Of a stretch of DNA of 64,000 bases, positions 54,845 through 64,000 are shown piece after piece; the stretch's first letter is position 1, and every line of letters begins with the position of its first letter. A program made the position numbers and the translations under genes. The notes under the pieces were generated by a model, which saw only the letters and a program-made list of their open reading frames with translations, searched no databases and had not been told where the DNA came from. Where the stretch lies: the NCBI GenBank assembly GCA_951406725.2, contig OX597815.1, positions 29,884,001 to 29,948,000 on the forward strand, read 5' to 3'. This stretch comes from Octopus vulgaris. Lineage: Eukaryota.

Positions 54845-54848
<4 letters not shown>

Positions 54849-54912
54849 AGAGTTTACGAAAAAAACCAAAAGACGAAGACAGATGGTGTACAAAACAAAC
54901 AGATGTATTAGT
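54845..54912 (-). mobile_element. Terminal fragment of a PLE family related to 4315-6548, attached to (TA)n
   Basis: atagggagagtttacgaaaaaaaccaaaagacgaagac vs atagtgagaatttacaaaaaaaacaacaaaagacgaagac (4313). Confidence 0.7.
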
Positions 54913-54994
54913 TGTCTCCAATGAAGGAATATTATTAATTAATATACTAGAAACAGCTGTAAGACCTTCTATCTATAAATGCTCTAATATCTAC

Positions 54995-55093
54995 ACAGCC
55001 TTGGTTTTTTATCTTATTACGCAAAAAATTCTTTTATATATATATATATAAAAGAATTTTTTGCGTTATAAGATAAAAAAAACCCAAGGCTGT
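54995..55093. repeat. Inverted repeat centred on (TA)n
   Basis: acagccttgg..cgcaaaaaattctttta(ta)n-aaagaattttttgcg..ccaaggctgt. Confidence 0.9.
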
Positions 55094-55655
55094 ATATATA
55101 TATATATATCACGTGACACGTGACCGACCAAACCATCAGATGTTGTTACACATCGCTGGTCACAATGCGTTCGCATTGTTCTAGCCTTCGAATGACGCCA
55201 CCCCGCTGGCTAAGCGAACAGGCCATATATATATATATATATATATATATAACAGCTGGAGGCCTGAGACATTCACAGATTGTAACTCTGAATCTGAAAA
55301 GATAAATTTGTTGATCTCACAGTTTCTTAGTAATATGATTATATACTGTAGCTATCATTGATGTTAAAATGTTAAACAATTGGCCTACATCTGGAACCGC
55401 TATGGTGAAATATGTTGTTTCTAACGAAAGTTCGTTTTCTCCTTATGGCGAAGGTCTATTTCAGTTCAGAGTACCAGATGATTTCCGATACTTCCCGGGG
55501 CTTCAAGTAAAGCAGTTAATTGAAACACATCTAACCAACAGCAGTCATACAATTGTTTCTCGTCATTTATAATCACACCTCTCATAAAGTTTTCGGTGAC
55601 TTCAAAAACGCAACTCGACTTAGCTCTAATATTTCTCTCCCATCTTTATCCTTGA

Positions 55656-56027
55656 CTAGCAGTATCGCCCGGCGTTGCTCGGGTTTGTAAGGGAAATAAC
55701 TATAAAGCAGTTTTAGAGAGTTATAGTAAAAAAATGGAAAAAAAATGATGGTAAATTTTTTTTAGTTAAAAAGGTCGAGTTGCGTCCCCTAGACAGTCTG
55801 TGGTTTGTGTTTCTGATTCTCGACCCCATGTCGAATTTATCGATTTTTTTCAGAACTGGGGGAACTTTTCAAAATTTTCGCTGTGTTAGTTTTTGAATTA
55901 TGACATTGGGCTATGTGTGTGTCAAGTTTCATCAGAATCGGTTGAAAGCCGTGGTCAGGGTGAGGGTACAACCTAACAGACACACAGAAACACACACAGA
56001 GAAAACTGCCGTTTATATATAGACAGA
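55656..56027 (-). mobile_element. Non-autonomous Helitron
   Basis: Minus strand A|TC...cccgagcaacgccggg hairpin...CTAG|T; no TSD. Confidence 0.85.
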
Positions 56028-56619
56028 TAACAATACTCGACTGTTTTTCATCTTTAAAGCTAACCATTTACCTATGATCCTAGGCTCTACTCCACACCTT
56101 GCCGTCTGCTCATTGTCAAATCAATGTTGTCTATTTAAGAATCACCCTCATCCAATAAAAAAAAATATAAAGACAAATCTAATCCGAATTCCCTGGTATT
56201 TAAAATCAGACAAATATTTAGAATTACATTCTTTCTATGTTGACAAACTTTGGAATCAAATATACTTCCTCTATGAAAGAAAACAGCCAATAAAAAAGTA
56301 ACAAACAAATAAAGAAAGAGACCCAACGAAACAAAAATATTTTAAAGGATTAAAACTCATTAAACTTTTATGCAAGCTGCATTTTAACTTGATATAAAAA
56401 TAAATTTATTTCTCAGAATTTTCATTCTTAAAACATAAGTTGAAGACAGCAATATATAAATATTAACATTTTAAGGTTATTTCATGCAATACATTATAAG
56501 ACTTCTCGTATGAACATTCAATTAAATTCTGTAATTCATTTTATACAAGATGTAAATTACAAAATTATTGACGAGTTTTACGTTATGTTCATACAAATGG
56601 TAATTTACTTAAAGAACAT

Positions 56620-56651
56620 GGTACATATACATACATACATAAATACATACA

Positions 56652-56703
<52 letters not shown>

Positions 56704-56797
56704 TAGATAGATAGATAGATAGATACATATATGTGTGTGTGTATGTGTATATATATATGTATGTGTATGTGTGTATATGTATGTGTATGTATATATG

Positions 56798-56831
<34 letters not shown>

Positions 56832-56946
56832 CACACATATATATATATATATACACATATATATATATATATACACATATATACACACACATATATATAT
56901 ATATATATACATACATATATACATACATATATACATACATATACAC
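56620..56946. repeat. Compound TA/GATA/TG microsatellite
   Basis: Direct reading. Confidence 0.95.
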
Positions 56947-57550
56947 AGGACATACTAAATTTAAATATCCGGAAACACACTCGTGACGTTTTACCTTCTT
57001 TACTCATGTACAACATACAAATATGACCCTCCATAAATCTCACACAGGATAGGCTTCACTAGCTCTCATATACAAGCAAAACCCGTAAATGTGTTTACGC
57101 ACTCACAATGTCACATTCAGAAGCTTATCTAATTTGTTTGATTATATTTTTTCTGTAAGACTGCTTCATTGCAGTAGATGTTAGTTGATAGTATCATCTC
57201 AGATCCACTTTCCTTTGACTTTGGTTATGATTCCACACTCTTCGTATATGAGCGACCTACCCGCTATTACGTCAAACAGTATTCACGTGGAGATTGCACT
57301 CACCCCACTCCCCGTTAACCTTTCCTCTGCTGGCACCCAGCCTACCTGGCACACGCTACCTTTATAAGAAAGACGTTGCAGTCATCATCCAATCAGGCAA
57401 TGAGAGGCTGATATTTAAAACTACACCAGGACATACTAAATTTAAATATCCGGAACCACACTTGCGACGTTTTACCTTCTTTACTCATGTACAACATACA
57501 AATATGACCTTCCATAAACTTCACACAGGATAGGCTTCACTAGCCCTCAT
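56947..57550 (+). repeat. ~124-bp direct repeats (56947-57070, 57427-57550)
   Basis: caggacatactaaatttaaatatccggaa...acacaggataggcttcactagc occurs twice. Confidence 0.92.
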
Positions 57551-58007
57551 GAAGAGGGGCGGACGGCCATATATTTATAACATCACCCAACCTGTGTTGC
57601 AAAGACTAGACTTTCTCTTTAGCATTAGAATCTCCTTCAGTCAATCTTATACAAAGCACATGTGCAAACCACATTAGAGTAAAACTTATATACTTAGAAC
57701 CAAGCAGCTGCTAAACATACGATGATTATTGACACACAAACATTCAATATATGCCATCTTATTGTTTTGAAACTTTAGCCTACTAAACATCTCGAGACAT
57801 TAGCATATCAATGTGATGTTTTTCTTCTCTTCTGAACAAGCAGGCTGAATACCATCCGACGTATCAGGTTCTATTTATTTCGTAATCTCTACTTTACGTT
57901 AACTTTACAATTTTGTACAAAACACTTCGCCTAGACACAAGAATTATAACCATGCAAATTTCCGTCCTTACCCGTGATATCTTCAGAAATTCAAATTGAA
58001 CTGTTAT

Positions 58008-58210
58008 GTACAGTTCTATATTTAAGAGATGAGGAATTATGTACATTATTAACATTATTTACATTTACGTATATTTGTCCTCATTTTGTTTGTTGTTAAC
58101 ACAACGTTTCGGCTGATATACCCTCCAGCCTTCATCAGGTGAATTGGGGAAATTTCGAACTTGGGTTCTCATTCCTAAGGTATTTTTCGATGTTATTATT
58201 ATTATTATTA

Positions 58211-58255
<45 letters not shown>

Positions 58256-58339
58256 GTCAGGTCACTGCCTGAAATCGATCTCGGAATCTTGGGGTTAGTA
58301 GCCCGCGCTCTTAACCACTATGCCATATGCCCGTGGGCA
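58008..58339 (-). mobile_element. tRNA-headed SINE-like element: head + (AAT)n + hammerhead-bearing body
   Basis: Minus strand A box tggcatagtgg and B-box-like gagatcgatttc; inverted second copy at 58697-58955. Confidence 0.85.
58100..58141 (-). ncRNA. Minimal type-I hammerhead ribozyme motif
   Basis: cac-CTGATGA-a-ggctg-gagggtatat-cagcc-GAAA-cgtt-gtg: intact core, 5-bp stem II, cac/gtg stem I, palindromic aacgtt. Confidence 0.8.
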
Positions 58340-58420
58340 TATACAAGATGTAAATTGTAAAATTATTGAAGAGTTTTATATTGTATTCATACAAATGGTA
58401 ATTTTCTTGGAGAACATGGT

Positions 58421-58456
<36 letters not shown>

Positions 58457-58485
58457 GTATGTGTGTATATGTGTGTATGTGTATG

Positions 58486-58568
<83 letters not shown>

Positions 58569-58696
58569 GTACACACACCACACATACACACAGTCCTCTT
58601 ACAAAGCCTACATTTTTAGTAATCTCATAGGGCAGACTGAATTCTACCGCCTGGTGAAGACAACTAATCTAGGAGATAGTTAACTATGAAATTAAA

Positions 58697-58773
58697 GCCC
58701 ACAGGCATATGGTATAGTGGTTAAGTGCACGGGCTACTAACCCCAAGATTCCAAGTTCGATTTCAGGCAGTGA

Positions 58774-58822
<49 letters not shown>

Positions 58823-58955
58823 CGAAAATACCTTAGGAATTATCCAGGTTCGAAATTTACCCAAGACACTTTGAAGGTTGGAGGGTATACAACAAACAAG
58901 ATGAGGACAAATATACGTCAAATGTAAATAATGTAAATAATGAACTGCTATGTAC
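58697..58955 (+). mobile_element. Second copy of the tRNA-head/hammerhead element, ribozyme disrupted
   Basis: tggtatagtggttaag..gttcgatttcaggcagtgacctg(aat)n..; tcagccgaaacgttgtgtta is missing. Confidence 0.85.
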
Positions 58956-59964
58956 ATTAACACCACCAGGCTGTATAACCTTCCAAATATTATGGACACT
59001 GCACTTCTATCTTGGACTAAATAATCCAAATATTTTGAGGGCTAAGTATAATCGATCAATTCATTGCAATACCTTATTGCTGTTTATCTTATCGAATTCC
59101 AAGGGATAAATACAAATTAAATCAATCAAAACTTGAACTCAAATATGAATCAACTTATATGTTCATATATTTTACATTAAATTCCAATCATTCGAATCAC
59201 TTGTAATTATTTCTACATTTATATGATTTCAGAACCTTTATGTCTAAAATGGGATTTCAGTATTAATAATGGCGCTATGCAGTAAATCATGATTATTGGT
59301 GTTGATGTTTAAGCCCGAGGCCAGTTCTGATTTAACACATTTAAGGTCGAATTTCTCTACAAAGACAATTGCATTCATCTATGATTAAAAACCATAGAAA
59401 TGCTTCTCTCCACCACCCACAGACATAAGGTATCTCAGACTACATTGCTGACTGTGTCTTTCCATTTTTAGATGGTAAGATATGGCTTGAAGTAGATTTG
59501 ATGGTTATTTCTAGCAGGCCGAGCGACCAAGTACAGAAAAATTCCCACATATTCATATTTAAAAGAAAATATCACGAATTATGGTGTTGCAAATCCGCAG
59601 CAGTATATATATTATTAATAACTGTCATTGTCTTTCAGTCTAGAGAAATATTTTCGTCTCAGAAGTAAGAAAGAAGCATCCAAAAGATGTATCTAGTAAT
59701 CAAAAATACAGTATTAGTACAAATGATAAAATATAAACAAAAAAAGAAAACAAGAAAAAATTCTGAAACACCTACTGTGGACAATAGGTAGACAAGCAAG
59801 AAAATACATAATTTTACAACGATGTTCCGATATCAACATAATTGTTTAACATAGAAACATAGTTATATATACACAGGCATATACAAATACACGTATAGAT
59901 CACACACAGATAGACGTACTGGTCACAAACATTTATATGAATACGTATCTAGAGAAACATATGA

Positions 59965-60480
<516 letters not shown>

Positions 60481-61160
60481 AACACACATTCGTAAATGGG
60501 CGTCTCTTACAGCGTTGGTGTTTTATTCTCAGAGATTCGTTCGAATCTATAATCAGTTCTAAATTCTTTGTTGCTCCGCTTCAATTATGTAGCTAATAGA
60601 TATGCAGTATGTATTTTCCGTTCCTATAAATTACAGGCATCTTGACAATGTAGCAGGAGGAATACGTACATAGATATACACAGCACACACACACACACAT
60701 ATACACATAGATTGAGACGCATACGCATAAACGTACCTTCATACGTACATACATTGGAACTCACAAATAGAGATACAACATGCACACGCATCGCACCACG
60801 CCGTATCATATACACACGTATCGCATCGCGCCGCATCCATATATATCTTATATAAACCATAGAGAAAGAAATGTAGATAATATTTTTAAAGTACATATAT
60901 AAAGTGAATAACTGTGCGCGGCGCGTACATACATACATACATACATACATACATACATACATACATACATACATACATACATACATACACACAGCTACAA
61001 ATGTACAGGAGCACATAGAAACTCACATAATGATACATAAGACACATTTTTATGTCACAAGAGAGGTACAATAACTGAAATAATGCTGGAGTCCACACAT
61101 AACTTGTTAATAATAAATCCATAAATTGTCTCATATATCTATATATATATATATATATAT

Positions 61161-61271
61161 ATTAATTTATTTTATAGAAGGAGCTTCTACAGGACTAGAA
61201 CTGTTTCATTCAAATGATTTGAATGAAACAGTTCTAGTCCTGTAGAAGTTCCTTCTATAAAATAAGTTAAT
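61161..61271. repeat. Near-perfect palindrome, ~55-bp arms, 1-nt centre (61216)
   Basis: 61167-61215 vs 61217-61265 differ at one position (G.T). Confidence 0.95.
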
Positions 61272-61332
61272 TTACTCTGCTATGTATTGAGTACCTTATT
61301 TACTGTGGTTAACCCCGACTCAACCCGGGACC

Positions 61333-61403
<71 letters not shown>

Positions 61404-61499
61404 GCACACATATGTGTATGTGTACGTGTGTATGTGTATTCACGAACAGGGAGAATGAGAGCTCAACACCACATTGGTAGCTAAAATTCTGCTGTTTTT

Positions 61500-62560
61500 T
61501 TTTTGCGGATTAAGGCTACTATTGCTTTCATGTTAAGTAATGCTGGACAGAGGGGTCACACAGGTTAGCTAGGAAGAAGGGGAGATAATAAAGTAGTGGT
61601 GATCCCAAACCAAAGGCGCGCGCGTGTCCGTGCGTATAAGAGAGCATGTATGTGCGTGTGGAAGAGGGCTGGTGACATTGTGTGTGTGTGTGTGTATGTG
61701 TAGGTGTGTGGATGATGGTGTGGGGCTGGAAAGTGATCAGTGCTAGTGTGTGCTTGGTGGTGTGATGTGATGTGGTGTTGTGTGGTTTGGTGGTGTATGG
61801 TGTGCTGGTGTTTGGTGTGGTGGTGTTGGGATGTGGAGGAGGCGAGAGTGGGGAAAGCAAGGATGGGGTGTGGGTTATGCGGGTGTAGGGTAGAGGTGGG
61901 TATATGGGATGGGTGTAATGGATGGAGTGAGGTGGGATGGCATGGATAGGGAAGATGGGGTTGGATTGTGTAGGGGTTGGGTGACGATGAAGGAAGATGA
62001 GAAGGGAGAAGGGTGGTAGGAGTGAAGAGAATAGTGAAAGAGAGTAGAAGTGAAGAGAAGAAGTAGGAGTCGGAGCAAGAGAGGGGAGGTGGGTGGGAAG
62101 AAGTAGGTGTGAGAGGGAGAGAGGTGAGAGGAGGATGGTTAGAGGAAGAGGGGAGGGGAGTTGAGCTCACGTGGCGCAAAGGAGCGAAGAGAGAAAATTA
62201 ATCTTTGTTCACGGCGAAAACGGGAGTCCGGATGGCCCCTGTGCAAGGATAATTCGAACCCAGATAGGTGTTGCAATGAGAGACCGGTAGAGCGGAAATG
62301 GTGCGAGACCGGGGTGTCATTGCTGAGTTGGATATCTCGGAGTTGTTCCGCGAAACGGTCAGCCAAACGGCGTCCCGTTTGCCCGATGTATAGAGAAAGG
62401 CGGAGAGAGCAGGAGATGCAGTAGTTGACATTGGTAGAAGTGCAGGTGAAGGAGTCGGTAATATGATAGGGTCGATTATGGGTGCCAGTGAGGAGGGTGG
62501 TGTTGGAGAGGTAAGGGCAAGTGCAGCAACGTGGGTGGGAGCAGGAGAACGAACCCGCAG
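61500..62560 (-). mobile_element. 5'-truncated Penelope-like element: GIY-YIG domain (about 62140-62560) and C-rich 3' UTR
   Basis: TCCTCPY...FTCTSTNVNYCISCS..LYIGQTGRRLADRFAEQLRDI..PVSHHF..RREQRLIFSLRSFAPRELN; UTR boundary uncertain. Confidence 0.85.
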
Positions 62561-62599
62561 TCGGAATCTCACATCTAATTATTTGAATTTCATTTCCCG

Positions 62600-63750
62600 A
62601 CGATCATCAGCCTGGATCCAAGAAACTAAAAATGAATGAAGGCCATAGGCTGGAAGTTTTTCCGGAAGACCCGCCTCTTCGAAAAAATTGGTGACATCGA
62701 CGGCAATGACAATGTTTCCAAGAAAATTAATTTTCAAAGACAGTATCCCATTAGCTTGTTTCACAGAAGTGTAGGTTCCCAGTAGATCTGACACTGAGTT
62801 TCACTAGAGGTTGTTAAACAGAGAAAGAGAAAGAAAGGAGGGAGAGAGGGGAGAGAGAGGAGAGAGAGAGAGAATGGTGCAGAAACGTAGTTGATCGGAT
62901 AAAAGAAATGTTTCATCTAGAACACACTGTAGCGTACTTCATGGTATGTGCTCAGGACGAGAGAGGCGGAGAGGAAGAGAGATAGAGAGAGATAGAGATG
63001 GAGAGAGAGAGAGAAAGAGAATCAGAATGAGAGACAGATTAAAGATCTTGGTGACGATAGCGCCTAGCACCGTTGAGTATTGCATGAGAATAACAGAAGG
63101 AAGATTCAACACGGAACTGGATGCAAAACTGACACTAAACATGAATGTTTTTTTGGCGGGAGTACTACGTATATAATCATCATGATTAAGAAGTGAAGAG
63201 AAGAAGAATTTCGTCTAGATGGCAGGGAATCAAAAGGATCGGCTTAATTTGGGAGGCAAGAGGGTTTGCGGGTTGAATGACACACAGCAGCATCGTTCAT
63301 GAGTCGAATGATCAACCTACAGCAGCTGCAATTTTGGGTTCAAGCCGCCCAGTTTGTAGAAATCGGCAGTTTTCTTCAAGCGTTGTAGACCGTCTTGTGG
63401 CATCCAACATTGAATGCATTTTCATAAATATTTGAGTAAGGAAACAGGTATTTTGATAGTTGTGTGAGGTATGTTTCCAGTGTAGGTGGGGCCCTTTGAG
63501 ATAATTTCTAAACCAACAGTATGGTCACCACTGGATTTAGTCGTGATGGTATAAGAGGAGAGCAGAAAACGCTTCATTATAGAAATGACAGTCATGTGAA
63601 AGAAATACTAAAACTAAGGGCAATGAAGCTAAAAGTAAAACAGTCACCGACGATAATGTATTGCATGAATGTAATAGAAGGAAGATTCCACACGGAATTG
63701 GATGCAAAACTGACAATAAACATGAAGGCTTTTTTGGCGTGCTGAAAATA
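62600..63750 (-). mobile_element. Decayed CR1-group LINE RT region with internal duplication (about 63065-63160 and 63650-63745)
   Basis: FASSSVL..LMQYSTVLGAIVTKIF and VIAVDVTNFFEEAGLPEKLPAYGLHSFLVSWI (cf. ALDISKAFD..LL.KLP.YG..LVSWI). Confidence 0.65.
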
Positions 63751-64000
63751 GCAACTAAATCTCTTTCAGTTCATATGTTATATTCTTAAACGTTTGCAGA
63801 CACAATGAATAAAGGCATGTTAAAACGAGAATGTTCTTGATTGTTGTAATTATCCCCCCTTTCACTGGGAGTCACTCGCAATTGCTGCCAGAGGTTTGCT
63901 TCCATTACACACACAAACACACACATACACAAACATCTTTGTGTGTATGTATGTGTGTGTGTGTAGGCCAACTACTGTGCCAGTGGAATCTATTAGTGCT

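Noticed and set aside
58700-58775. Possible tRNA gene
   Set aside because: No proper acceptor stem; continues into a repeat body present twice, so it is a SINE head.

Overview
AT-rich, microsatellite-dense eukaryotic DNA with no supportable host-gene exon. The SINE families, microsatellites and transposon mix are most consistent with a cephalopod (Octopus-like) intergenic or intronic region; this assignment is inference from recalled repeat families. The window is a mosaic of decayed mobile elements: two Penelope-like retroelements (RT/GIY-YIG), a full-length Tc1, a full-length mariner and other DDE remnants, fragments of Tx1/L1-, RTE-, CR1-group and R4/Dong-type LINEs, non-autonomous Helitrons and about 20 tRNA-derived SINE copies. 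Almost all listed ORFs are microsatellite artefacts. Most interesting signals: (i) a tRNA-headed SINE carrying a minimal hammerhead ribozyme, plus other hammerhead cassettes in (TA)n; (ii) a Tx1-like LINE apparently targeting (ATCT)n, whose 3' tail is shared by a SINE; (iii) a two-step templated insertion inside a SINE, copied from sites 4.2 and 1.8 kb upstream; (iv) recurrent fold-back duplications tied to (TA)n; (v) apparent partitioning of retroelement classes among microsatellite types. Coordinates were read by eye; edges may be off by a few bases.
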